Source: Polyangia bacterium (GTDB lineage: Bacteria; Myxococcota_A; Polyangia; Fen-1088). Taken from it: DNA of 51,350 bases. The stretch lies in NCBI GenBank assembly GCA_036557265.1, contig DATBHU010000168.1, positions 1 through 51,350 on the forward strand. The letters are read 5' to 3'. The notes beneath the pieces were generated by a model. It was not told where the DNA came from. It saw only the letters and a list, made by a program, of their open reading frames with translations, and ran no database searches. Shown piece after piece: positions 30,324 to 40,376 of the stretch (positions are counted from its first letter, which is position 1; each line of letters starts with the position of its first letter). The position numbers and the translations under genes are program-made.

Positions 30324-30734
30324 ATGGCCAAGAAGAACTACAAGGGGAGCTGCCACTGCGGGCGCATCAAGTTCGAGGCGGCCGTCGACCTGTCCGAGGG
30401 GACGAGCAAGTGCAACTGCACCAGCTGCTGGAAGAAGCGGTTGTGGACGGCGCGCGTCGCGCCGGAGGATTTTCGATCGATCGCGGGCGAGGAGAACCTG
30501 TCCGGCTACAAGCCGGGCGCCGCCACGGGCCACGTCGGATTCTGCAAGCATTGCGGCGTCATCCCGTACGGGTGGGTCGGCGCCTCCGAGTGGAACCCGC
30601 ACGAGTACGTGTCGGTCAGCGTGGCGGCGCTGGACGATCTCGACCCCGCCGACCTGGTGACGGCGCCGGTCCGCTACTGCGACGGCCGCACCGACAACTG
30701 GTGGAACCCGCCCGCCGAAACCCGCCACTTGTGA
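30324..30734 (+). CDS. GFA-family (CENP-V/GFA, glutathione-dependent formaldehyde-activating-like) zinc protein
   Basis: It shows the GSCHCGRIKFE, CNCTSC and FCKHCG cysteine pattern of the GFA fold. Confidence 0.85.
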   Translation: MAKKNYKGSCHCGRIKFEAAVDLSEGTSKCNCTSCWKKRLWTARVAPEDFRSIAGEENLSGYKPGAATGHVGFCKHCGVIPYGWVGASEWNPHEYVSVSVAALDDLDPADLVTAPVRYCDGRTDNWWNPPAETRHL

Positions 30735-30780
30735 CGCGCCCCACTTCGCGTCAATCCTGTGATTCCGCGCGCCTCGCGGA

Positions 30781-30806
30781 TGACTTTTCGGCGATTTTAG
30801 TATTTA

Positions 30807-30808
<2 letters not shown>
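30781..30808 (+). promoter_or_regulatory. A/T-rich promoter-like island abutting the start of the Gly-rich lipoprotein gene
   Basis: TGACTTttcggcgattTTAGTATTTAATg is the most A/T-rich stretch of the window and contains -35-like TGACTT and -10-like TAGTAT/TATTTA. It overlaps the ATG at 30807, so the transcript may be leaderless or the real start may be GTG 30816. Confidence 0.3.
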
Positions 30809-32507
<1,699 letters not shown>

Positions 32508-32537
32508 GCGCGCGCCCGGCGCGCGCCGGCGCCCGCG

Positions 32538-33467
32538 CTACGGCTGGTTGTGCAGGATGACGCCGGTGTTCTTGCCGTCGGAGCTGCGCCCCGCCACCCA
32601 GACGTCGTGCGCCGACGACCCGTGCACCTTGCCGAGGAACGGATAGAACGGAAACGCGCCGACCTGGACCTGGCTCCAGCTCGAGCCGTTCCAGTGCGAG
32701 ATCGCGCCGCCGTCGCCGGCCGCCCAGACGTCGTCGGGCGCCGAACCCCACACCGCCTGATGGCCGTCCTCGAAGCGATCGTTGTTGACGGGCGACGTGT
32801 CGGTCCACATCGCGCCGTCCCAGTGCGCCAGCGTGCCGAAGTCACCGACCGCCCAGACGTCGTCGTCGCCAAAGCCCCAGACGCCCGCCGCCTGGTTGAC
32901 GACGTTGTCGCTGATGTCGCTCCAGATGCCGCCGTTCCAGCGTGACAGGCCGAAGATGCCGACCGCGTAGACGGAGCCGCCGGGAGCGCCCCACAGGTCG
33001 GTCACCTGGACGGTCTGCGTGATCCCCGTCGACCACGTCGTTCCGTTCCAGCGAAACACGCGCCCGTTCAGGCTGTCGCCCAGCCACAGATCGTCGCGCG
33101 ACGTGCCCCACACCGCGCTCAGGTCGGTCGGATCGATCGCGCCCGCGAAGTCGACGATCGACCACGCGGTCCCGTCCCAGTGCATCAGGCTGGCGCCCGC
33201 GACCGCGTAGAGATCGTTCGGCGCCAGGCCCCACAGATCGGCGACGTACCCCGCGATCGGCGTCGGCACCTGCATGAACGAGGTTCCGTCGAAGTGCATC
33301 ATCACCTGGCCGCCGGCCCAGACGTCGTCGGGCGCGAACGCCCACAGCGCGCCGATGCCGAACGTGCCGGACGCCGCGTAGGAATGCCACGTGCCGCTGC
33401 CACCACCGCTGCCGCAGCTCGCGGCTGCGCCCGCACCCATCAAGATCGCCAAGGCCAGACGTCGCAT
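32538..33467 (-). CDS. Beta-propeller repeat lipoprotein (309 aa)
   Basis: This is the inner part of ORF 32538..33725, starting at MRRLALAILMGAGAAASC (lipobox). It carries six or seven repeats of the type DDVWA(V/A)G...(H/R)W(D/N)G(T/S)xW. Confidence 0.75.
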   Translation of the reverse strand: MRRLALAILMGAGAAASCGSGGGSGTWHSYAASGTFGIGALWAFAPDDVWAGGQVMMHFDGTSFMQVPTPIAGYVADLWGLAPNDLYAVAGASLMHWDGTAWSIVDFAGAIDPTDLSAVWGTSRDDLWLGDSLNGRVFRWNGTTWSTGITQTVQVTDLWGAPGGSVYAVGIFGLSRWNGGIWSDISDNVVNQAAGVWGFGDDDVWAVGDFGTLAHWDGAMWTDTSPVNNDRFEDGHQAVWGSAPDDVWAAGDGGAISHWNGSSWSQVQVGAFPFYPFLGKVHGSSAHDVWVAGRSSDGKNTGVILHNQP

Positions 33468-33535
33468 CGGCCCGATCGTACACCCGTTCGGGCGCCGGCC
33501 GATGTGACCGCGCCCGCGCCGCGAGAGCGGCGTGA

Positions 33536-34759
33536 TCAGCGGGCGATGCGGAAGAAGCGCGGGCCCGCGCCCACGAACCAGAGCGAGCCGCCGTCGCCCG
33601 TCAGAACCGTGACGCGGGCGCTGTCGGTCCCCGGCGGCGCGCTGGCGGACGTCCAGGCGCTGCCGTCCCAGTGCGCCAGATAGGCGCCGGACGCGGCCCA
33701 GACATCGTCCCCGGCGCGCGCCCACAGCGCCTGCGTCTCGGCAGAGGACGGCCAGCCGCCGATCGCGACGCCGGCCAGGCCGCCGGTGCCGTCGAGGTGC
33801 CAGAGCGACGGGTTCCCGCCGTCGCTCGCGGCGCCGATCCAGAGGCCGCCGGCGCCGTCGTTCTCGAGCCCGGTCACCCGGCCCCGACCGACGACGGTCG
33901 GCGTCCAGTTGCTGCCGTCATAGCGGCAGACGAACGCGGCCTCGATGATGGCGCCGCCGACGAAGTCGATCGAGCCGCCCAGCACCGCGCCGTCGAGATC
34001 CGGCTGCAGCGCCGTGAAGCGGATGGTCCCCGGCGTCGGGTAAGCCGCGCCCGTGATCTGTTGGTCCGACAGCTCGAACATCCGCCAGCCTTGCTGGTCG
34101 CGTCGCCAGACGAAGTGTCCGCCCGTCACCCAGACGCCGGTGTCGCCGACGCGAACCGCATCGAACGTCGGCGCGACGCCGGGGTGCTGCGCGGCCAGCA
34201 ACGTCCGCAGCGGGCCGTCCACGCGCGTCCAGCTGGTGGCGTCCCGGTGAAGCACGGCATCGCCCACGGTCGCCCAGACGTCGTCGCCCGCCGCCCCCGC
34301 CAGCGACGGGGGCGACGTGGACGACGTCGACCAGCTGAGCTCCGCGGTCCAGCATCCCCCGGTCCAGCGCGCGATTCGCACCGAAGCGACCGGCGGACTT
34401 CCCGTCGCCGACGAGACGGCGGCGAAGAACAGATTGTTGCGGCCGGGCGCCGCCCACCCGTCGGTGACGCGAAAACCGGCGAGCTCGCCGGGCGCCGCCA
34501 CCTCCGACCAGTCGTCGGGCACCCGCGACGACACGACGCAGGCCGGGATGACGGGCATCCCGTCGCCGCCCGTCCCGCTGCCCGGCGCGCCTGATCCGGC
34601 GCCGGGGCCGCCGGGGGCGCCGCTGCCGAGGACGATCCCGCCGTCGGCGGCGAGGCGGCCGTCAGGCGGCGCCTTATCGAGGGTGCCTCGCTCGCAGCCG
34701 AGCGCCAGCCCGGTCGCCGCGATCGCGACGGCCCACCATCCCCTTCCCTTGCCGACCAT
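33536..34759 (-). CDS. Beta-propeller repeat lipoprotein, paralogue of the neighbouring gene (407 aa)
   Basis: This is the inner part of ORF 33536..35635, starting at MVGKGRGWWAVAIAATGLALGC (lipobox). A Gly/Pro linker follows, then repeats such as GDDVWATVGDAVLHRDATSW and GDDVWAASGAYLAHWDGSAW. Confidence 0.75.
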   Translation of the reverse strand: MVGKGRGWWAVAIAATGLALGCERGTLDKAPPDGRLAADGGIVLGSGAPGGPGAGSGAPGSGTGGDGMPVIPACVVSSRVPDDWSEVAAPGELAGFRVTDGWAAPGRNNLFFAAVSSATGSPPVASVRIARWTGGCWTAELSWSTSSTSPPSLAGAAGDDVWATVGDAVLHRDATSWTRVDGPLRTLLAAQHPGVAPTFDAVRVGDTGVWVTGGHFVWRRDQQGWRMFELSDQQITGAAYPTPGTIRFTALQPDLDGAVLGGSIDFVGGAIIEAAFVCRYDGSNWTPTVVGRGRVTGLENDGAGGLWIGAASDGGNPSLWHLDGTGGLAGVAIGGWPSSAETQALWARAGDDVWAASGAYLAHWDGSAWTSASAPPGTDSARVTVLTGDGGSLWFVGAGPRFFRIAR

Positions 34760-34848
34760 CCGACACCGACGGAGAGGGAAGTTGTGTCGGCGCCGCGGCC
34801 TGGTCAATCGGGGCGCGCCCGACCTCCGATCGCCGCCGGCAGGGCGCG

Positions 34849-36105
34849 CTAGCGATCGAACGCCAGCGAGAGCTGCTTGCCACGCCGCGGACGACGGTCG
34901 CTTCGGACCCGGTCGCTTCGATCGTCGGCGACGACGGTGCGGCCGCCGAGCGCCGCCTTGGCGGCCCGCTCGGCGGCGACCGCGCGCTCGAACGCGGCCG
35001 GCGTCATCGTGGCGGCCGCGGCGGCGCCGTCGATCCGGCGCGCCTGGGCGTCGAGGCGCGCGAGCGCCGCCAGGCGATCGCCGTCGCCCAGCTTGGCGCG
35101 CGCGACCGCACGCTTCAGCACCGCGATGGTCTCGTCGTACACCTTCAGCGGCACCGGGAACGGATGCCCGTCCTTGCCGCCGTGGGCGAGCGAGAAGCGC
35201 GCCGGATCGGCGAAGCGGCTGGGCGCGCCGTGCACCACCTCGGCCACCAGCGCCAGCGCGAACAACGTGCGCGCGCCGACGCCCGGCACCAGCATCAGGT
35301 CGGCGAAGTCCTGGGGCCCGCGCTCGGCGACCGCCGCCAGCGTCTTGCCGAGCCGCCCGAGATCGACGTCCTCGGCGCGCACGTCGTGGTGCGCGGGCAT
35401 GCGCAGCCGCGCCAGACCCGCGACCGCGCGCGCCGGGCCGCCCCGCGACAGGCCGACGATCTCGCCGCGCGCGCCGGCCGCGCGCCGGTCGACGAGGTTG
35501 ACGATGTCGGCCCCCGGCTGCCCCTCGATCGCCGCGTGCGGATCGTCGACGAACGCGCCGGCGCGATCCCAGATCCAGTGGTAGCGCCGCGCCTGCCGGC
35601 GGGCGCCGTTCATCCCCTGCTGGACCACCACCCACGCGCCGTCGTCGGCGACGATGAAACCGTGCAGGTAGAGGGCGAACCCGTCCTGGATCGCGGCGCT
35701 GTCGACCTTCGCGCAGAGGCGGCTGGCGCGCACCAGGGCGGGGGCGTCCAGCCCGACGGCGTCGCCCAGCGCGGTCAGCTCGTCGGGCGTGCGGCGCGAG
35801 TGGCGGCCGCGCCCGCCGCAGACGTGCAGGCCGAGCTCGCGGGCCACCGGCGCCAGGCCGCGCTTGAGCGCGCCGATCACGCTGGTGGTGATGCCGGACG
35901 AGTGCCAGTCCATCCCCATCACGGCGCCGAACGACTGGAACCAGAACGGATCGGACAGCCGGCGCAGCACCTCGGCGCGGCCGTACTCGTGCGCGATGGC
36001 CTCGACGATGACGCGGCCGAGGCGCGCCATGCGCGACGCGAGCCAGGGCGGCACCCGCCCGCCGTGCAGCGGCAGGTCGGCCGTCCCGGTCGGCGCGGCG
36101 CGCAT
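34849..36105 (-). CDS. DUF763-domain protein
   Basis: This is the inner part of ORF 34849..36798, starting at ATG 36105. The blocks DLPLHGGRVPPWL, FWFQSFGAVMGMDWHSSGITTSV and HVCGGRGRHSR are what I associate with DUF763. Confidence 0.75.
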   Translation of the reverse strand: MRAAPTGTADLPLHGGRVPPWLASRMARLGRVIVEAIAHEYGRAEVLRRLSDPFWFQSFGAVMGMDWHSSGITTSVIGALKRGLAPVARELGLHVCGGRGRHSRRTPDELTALGDAVGLDAPALVRASRLCAKVDSAAIQDGFALYLHGFIVADDGAWVVVQQGMNGARRQARRYHWIWDRAGAFVDDPHAAIEGQPGADIVNLVDRRAAGARGEIVGLSRGGPARAVAGLARLRMPAHHDVRAEDVDLGRLGKTLAAVAERGPQDFADLMLVPGVGARTLFALALVAEVVHGAPSRFADPARFSLAHGGKDGHPFPVPLKVYDETIAVLKRAVARAKLGDGDRLAALARLDAQARRIDGAAAAATMTPAAFERAVAAERAAKAALGGRTVVADDRSDRVRSDRRPRRGKQLSLAFDR

Positions 36106-36213
36106 CGGGCTAGCTTGCCACCGCGGTCGGCAACCGCCAGGAATCGAGGCGAAGGCGATTTTTTCAACCGCGGCCGGCGCTCGCGGAACAGGAGAGGCGT
36201 GAAAGGAGCGCCG

Positions 36214-36768
36214 ATGCACATGCGCCTCACGACGACGATGGTGACCCTGGGCGCGGGCTGCGCCCTGGCCATGACGGCAGGCTGCAGCTCCTCGCAACCG
36301 TCCTCCGGGCTGTGGAGCTGCTTCGATACCGGGACGCAGACGGCGTGCACGCAGGTGTCGGCGCTGTCGACGGCAGACCGCGACGTCAACGGCGACGGAA
36401 TTCCCGATCATTTCGTGTGCGCCGATGACGACGACGACGGCCACAATCGCGACCGCGATCGCGACCAGAGCGGCCTGACCAGCCTGACCGCGGTCAGCGG
36501 CCACGACGCGGACCACGACGGCGTCGACGACGATCTGGACTGCGACGGCCGCCACGAGTGCGAGAGCCTGAGCAACGACGCCAACCCCGAGCGCCATATG
36601 GGTGAGGTCGAGATCGAGCACGACGGCGGCGTCGAGGATCACGACGGCGGCCATCGCGGCGGCGACTCGAGCGGCAGCGGCAGCGGGGGCGGCGGCGGCA
36701 GCAGCGGCGGGGGCGGTGTCGAGATGCACGACGATCACACCTGCACGGCGCCGAAGCTGACGCCGTGA
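36214..36768 (+). CDS. Acidic Asp/His/Gly-rich lipoprotein with calcium-binding-like DxDxDG motifs
   Basis: This is the inner part of ORF 35164..36768, with ATG 36214 behind GAAAGGAG. The lipobox is LAMTAGC. DRDVNGDGIPD and DADHDGVDDDLDCDG resemble thrombospondin-type-3/EF-like calcium loops. Confidence 0.7.
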   Translation: MHMRLTTTMVTLGAGCALAMTAGCSSSQPSSGLWSCFDTGTQTACTQVSALSTADRDVNGDGIPDHFVCADDDDDGHNRDRDRDQSGLTSLTAVSGHDADHDGVDDDLDCDGRHECESLSNDANPERHMGEVEIEHDGGVEDHDGGHRGGDSSGSGSGGGGGSSGGGGVEMHDDHTCTAPKLTP

Positions 36769-36839
36769 CCCGGCCGCGCGGCGCCGCGCCGCCGCCATAA
36801 ATGAGAGGCGCGCGCCACGAACGCGAGGACGCGTCCCCG

Positions 36840-36872
36840 ACGCCCGTGCATGCTGCCCGTATGCACGGGCGT
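36840..36872 (+). promoter_or_regulatory. Perfect 12-bp inverted repeat enclosing the start codon of the deacetylase gene
   Basis: ACGCCCGTGCAT-gctgcccgt-ATGCACGGGCGT. The 3' arm begins with the ATG at 36861, and the 5' arm contains an in-frame GTG (36846). It could be an RNA hairpin occluding initiation or a protein-binding palindrome. Confidence 0.4.
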
Positions 36873-37997
36873 TTCCTCGTCGTCGCGGCCCTCGGCGCCG
36901 CCAGCTTCGGCTGCTGGGGCAGCGGCGATCGCACGGGCGGCGCCGGCAGCAGCGGCGCGGGAACGGCGGGAACGGGCGGCACGACCGGAACGGCCGGCAC
37001 CACCGGCGGTGGCGGCGTCGACACGAGCGCCCTCTCCGGCCTGCCGGTGCCGCCCGGGGGCGGCGTCGCGAAGCCGTCCGGCACGCCCGGCAACCTGACC
37101 GTGCTCGACTGGGCCGGGTTCAAGGCCGCCGTCTCGTGGACGTTCGACGATTCGCAGCCCTCCCAGATCGAGCACTACGCGGAGCTGCAAGCGGTCGGCG
37201 TGCCGGTGACGTTCTACATCAGCACCGGCAACAGCGGCGAGGCCAGCTACGACGCGACCTGGTCACAGGCCGTCGCCGACGGACACGAGGTCGGCAACCA
37301 CTCGGTCCACCACTGCCACGCCGACCTGACCGGCTGCAGCTTCGGCAGCGCGCTGGCGACGCTGGCCGACGAGATCGACCAGGCGTCCAGCTACATCACC
37401 CAGCACTACCCGCAGCAGGGCGGCGCCTGGACCGCCGCCTCGCCGTTCGGCGACAGCGGCTACGACACGCCCGACCAGACGCGCTTCCTGGTCAACCGCG
37501 GCGTCCCGGGCGGCATGATCGGCGCCAACGATTCGACCGACCCGTTCAACCTGCCGATCCACCTCGCCGCCGCGGGCGAGACCGCGGCCAGCTTCAACAG
37601 CGCCTCGGACGCCGCGCGCAGCGGCGGCAAGTGGCTCATCTTCCTGATCCACACCATCAACCCGACCAGCGCCAACTGGTACAACCCGGTCGCGATCACC
37701 GATGTCACGGGCGCGATGGGCTACGACCGGTCGCTCGGCGACGTGTGGACCGATTCGGTCGTCCACGTGGCCGCCTACTGGCGCGCGCAGAAGATGCTCA
37801 AGGCGCTGGCGGCGACCACCTCCGGCGCGGACATGGTCTGGACGTGGACGTTGCCCGCGCACTTTCCGCCCGGCCGCTACCTGCGCGTGAAGGTCGACGG
37901 CGGCACGCTCACCCAGGGCGGCGCGCCGCTGCCGTGGGACGAGCACGGCTACTACGAGGTCGCGCTCGACGCCGGCATGCTGACGCTCTCGCCGTAG
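36861..37997 (+). CDS. Polysaccharide deacetylase (NodB homology / CE4) lipoprotein
   Basis: The lipobox is LGAASFGC, followed by a Gly/Thr linker. The NodB motifs TFDDS and HSVHH are present. I start at ATG 36861 inside ORF 36801..37997. Confidence 0.8.
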   Translation: MHGRFLVVAALGAASFGCWGSGDRTGGAGSSGAGTAGTGGTTGTAGTTGGGGVDTSALSGLPVPPGGGVAKPSGTPGNLTVLDWAGFKAAVSWTFDDSQPSQIEHYAELQAVGVPVTFYISTGNSGEASYDATWSQAVADGHEVGNHSVHHCHADLTGCSFGSALATLADEIDQASSYITQHYPQQGGAWTAASPFGDSGYDTPDQTRFLVNRGVPGGMIGANDSTDPFNLPIHLAAAGETAASFNSASDAARSGGKWLIFLIHTINPTSANWYNPVAITDVTGAMGYDRSLGDVWTDSVVHVAAYWRAQKMLKALAATTSGADMVWTWTLPAHFPPGRYLRVKVDGGTLTQGGAPLPWDEHGYYEVALDAGMLTLSP

Positions 37998-38052
37998 GCG
38001 GCGAAAGCGCCTCGCACCTCAGGAAGGCGCGAGGCCGCCGAGGATCGCCCCG

Positions 38053-38514
38053 TCACTTCTCGTACTTCTGCTGCATCTTCTCGTGGCCCGCCTTCAGCTC
38101 GGCCTTCGTCAGGTAGCCGTCGTGGTCGGTGTCCAGCTTGTCGAACATCTTCCCCGTCGCCGCCTGCTGCTCGTCCGCGCTCAGCGCGCCGTCGCCGTTG
38201 GTGTCGAACTTCTTGATCTTGTCCGCCGCCTTCAGCTCGCCCTTCTCGGCCTTGGCACCGCCCATCTGCTGATGCGCCGCGGTCATCTCGGCCGCCGTCA
38301 CCTTGCCGTCGTGGTTGGTGTCCGCCTTGTCGAACTTCTGCGTCGCCGCCGTGGTGAACTCGTCCTTCGAGATCTTGCCGTCCTTGTTGGTGTCCATCGA
38401 TTCGAACTTCGTCTCCGCGTCGTTGGCGAACGCGACCGACGGAACGACGAACCCGCACAGGCCGGCGACACCGGCCGCGAACCCGATGAACCTGTTCAGC
38501 TTGTTCGAGCTCAT
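38053..38514 (-). CDS. Secreted EF-hand calcium-binding protein (four EF loops)
   Basis: It has a signal peptide and four canonical 12-residue loops: DTNKDGKISKDE, DTNHDGKVTAAE, DTNGDGALSADE and DTDHDGYLTKAE. Confidence 0.85.
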   Translation of the reverse strand: MSSNKLNRFIGFAAGVAGLCGFVVPSVAFANDAETKFESMDTNKDGKISKDEFTTAATQKFDKADTNHDGKVTAAEMTAAHQQMGGAKAEKGELKAADKIKKFDTNGDGALSADEQQAATGKMFDKLDTDHDGYLTKAELKAGHEKMQQKYEK

Positions 38515-38592
38515 GTTTCCACACGCTCCTTTCTGCCGACAAGGTAGGTATGGATACCGACGGAGCGAGCTCGTGCGCCGAACGTTGCGCGC

Positions 38593-39270
38593 TCAGGCGC
38601 GCGCCGCGCCGAGCGTGTTGATCTCGCGGATCTCGACCGCGTGCGACGGCGCGCCGCTGCGGACGGCCGCGATCATGGCGCGCCCGAGCACGTCGCTGCT
38701 GGTGCCGACGCCGGGCAGCTGCTTCAGCACGAACCCGACCGGACGCAGCACGGTGATCGCCACCCGCACCCACCCCGTCTTCGACGTCACGCCCTTCACG
38801 GGGTGGATGTAGCCGGGCCGGAACGCGTACGCCCGCTCGAACAGCTTGCCGAGGTCGTTCTCGGTCTTGCCCTTCACGCGCGCCCACATCGAGCGCCCCT
38901 GCTCCGTGCTGTCGGTGTGCGCGCCCGACACGTAGATGAACGCCATCTTCGGATTCAGCCGGTGCAGCGTCCGCGCCGCGGCCATCGTCAGGTCGTAGGT
39001 GACGTGGCGGTAGTCGTCCTCCTTCATCCCGACCGACGACACGCCCAGGCAGAAGAAGCAGGCGTCGGCGTCGCGCAGCGCCGGCTCGATCGCCGTGTAG
39101 TCGAAGAAGTCGGCGTGCACGATCTCCGTCAGCTTGGCCAGGTCGGGATGGCTGACGCCGGTCGGCCGCCGCACCACGCTGACCACCCGCCGCACCTCGG
39201 GATCGTCGAGGCACTCGAGCATCACGCCCTGCCCGACCATCCCCGAGGCGCCGAACAGGACGACGTTCAT
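38593..39270 (-). CDS. NAD(P)H-binding (atypical SDR / NmrA-like) protein
   Basis: The N-terminal Rossmann motif is VVLFGASGMVGQGV. Length and pattern fit the NAD(P)H-binding family. Confidence 0.8.
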   Translation of the reverse strand: MNVVLFGASGMVGQGVMLECLDDPEVRRVVSVVRRPTGVSHPDLAKLTEIVHADFFDYTAIEPALRDADACFFCLGVSSVGMKEDDYRHVTYDLTMAAARTLHRLNPKMAFIYVSGAHTDSTEQGRSMWARVKGKTENDLGKLFERAYAFRPGYIHPVKGVTSKTGWVRVAITVLRPVGFVLKQLPGVGTSSDVLGRAMIAAVRSGAPSHAVEIREINTLGAARA

Positions 39271-39271
39271 G

Positions 39272-39661
39272 TCAGGCGGCCGGCGGCTTGACCACCACGA
39301 CCAGCTCCAGCCCGTGATCGGCGGCGGCGCGCGCGGCCGCCTTCACGAACAGCACGGCCTCGCCGTGCGGCGCCTCGGCGCACTCGAGCCGGATCTGGAC
39401 CCGCTTGCCCTCGAAGTGGGGGTAGTGCTCGGCCAGGAACCCGTCCAGGGCGTAGCCCATGTACCGGTTGATCTTCTCCTCGATCTGCTGGAACTGGTTG
39501 TCGGCGGCGCCCCAGGCGCGCCGCTCGATCATCGTCAGCACCACCTTGTCCGAGGCGGCGTCGACGCTGATCAGGTCCACGACCTTGGGGTTCTCGACGC
39601 CCGGGCCGCCGAACTCCGACAGCAACTGCTCCTTGGTGATCTTCTCCACGCCGTCGCTCAT
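39272..39661 (-). CDS. Hypothetical protein (129 aa)
   Basis: This is the inner part of ORF 39272..39763, starting at MSDGVEKITKEQ. Its stop lies 1 nt before the start of the downstream gene. Codon bias is coding-like. No family recognised. Confidence 0.55.
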   Translation of the reverse strand: MSDGVEKITKEQLLSEFGGPGVENPKVVDLISVDAASDKVVLTMIERRAWGAADNQFQQIEEKINRYMGYALDGFLAEHYPHFEGKRVQIRLECAEAPHGEAVLFVKAAARAAADHGLELVVVVKPPAA

Positions 39662-39756
39662 TGCGCCGCGGAATCTAGCATGCGGCAGACTTCCCGATTG
39701 ACGTTGCCCGGCCGCGCACGCGATCCTGCGCCCAGCTTCATCGGGGGATCTCGACC

Positions 39757-40260
39757 ATGGCACGATCGCGTTGGGTGGTGATTCTGTCCTCTCTGTTCGC
39801 GCTGGCGGTGGCGGCAGGCGCCGCGACGGCCGCGAAGGACAAGGGCAAGGGCGGGGGCGACAAGCCGAGCGCAGCGCCGCCGGGCGTGACGCTGAACGCG
39901 TGCGGCTGCTACCAGAAGGGCAACGGCTGCGTCTGCACCAACAAGAAGGCGAAGTGCGAGTGCCCGGGCGAGTGCGAGCCGGTCGGTTGCGAGGAGAAGC
40001 GCAACAAGGAGATGGAGAAGGAGTACTCGGACGCGGTCAAGCACGCGCAGGACGAGGACAAGAAGCGCGACGAGGCCGCCGCCAAGAAGGCGCAGGACGC
40101 CGAGAAGAAGCGCCAGGCTGACGACGAGGCCGCCGCCAAGAAGCGCGCCGACGAAGAGACGGCCGCCGACGAGGCTGCCGCCGCCGCGCAGGCCCAGGAG
40201 GAGAAGGCCGCCGCGGAGAAGGCCAAGAAGGAAAAGGAAACCGGCAAGAAGAGGCCCTGA
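39757..40260 (+). CDS. Secreted protein with a CxC-rich cysteine cluster and a Lys/Glu/Ala-rich tail
   Basis: The signal peptide is MARSRWVVILSSLFALAVAAGAATA. The cluster is CGCYQKGNGCVCTNKKAKCECPGECEPVGC (8 Cys in 30 aa). About 90 aa of charged, helix-prone sequence follow. Third positions are strongly G/C-biased. Confidence 0.7.
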   Translation: MARSRWVVILSSLFALAVAAGAATAAKDKGKGGGDKPSAAPPGVTLNACGCYQKGNGCVCTNKKAKCECPGECEPVGCEEKRNKEMEKEYSDAVKHAQDEDKKRDEAAAKKAQDAEKKRQADDEAAAKKRADEETAADEAAAAAQAQEEKAAAEKAKKEKETGKKRP

Positions 40261-40275
40261 GCGAGTCGCGCGGCG

Positions 40276-40297
40276 GGCGCGCCGCTGGAGGCGCGCC
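40276..40297 (+). terminator. GC hairpin after gene 39757..40260
   Basis: GGCGCGCC-gctgga-GGCGCGCC forms an 8-bp stem with a 6-nt loop, 16 nt after the stop. There is no U-tract. Confidence 0.4.
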
Positions 40298-40376
40298 GGC
40301 GACCGCTCGGCCGCCCGGCCCGACGCCTCGCGGACGTGGGCCACGGGTGCAACGCTTGCATTGTTAGCCTGGTCGC

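Noticed and set aside
32508-32530. GC palindrome (gcgcgcgcc c ggcgcgcgc) between two convergent genes, considered as a bidirectional terminator
   Set aside because: The arms are almost contiguous, so a loop cannot form without sacrificing most of the stem. There is no U-tract, and such palindromes arise easily in GC-rich DNA.
34760-34790. Hairpin CCGACAC-N17-GTGTCGG abutting the ATG of the second propeller lipoprotein, whose loop reads CCCUCUCC (anti-SD-like) on the mRNA
   Set aside because: The stem is only 7 bp with a large loop. It is plausible but no stronger than background for this GC content.
40345-40360. Sigma-54-like element GGtgcaacgcTTGCA (GG-N10-GC) upstream of the PEP-CTERM cargo gene
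   Set aside because: The -12 half is good but the -24 half is poor (GGTGCA versus TGGCAC). The predicted start would leave only about 6 nt of leader with no SD. It is worth a motif scan but too weak to call.
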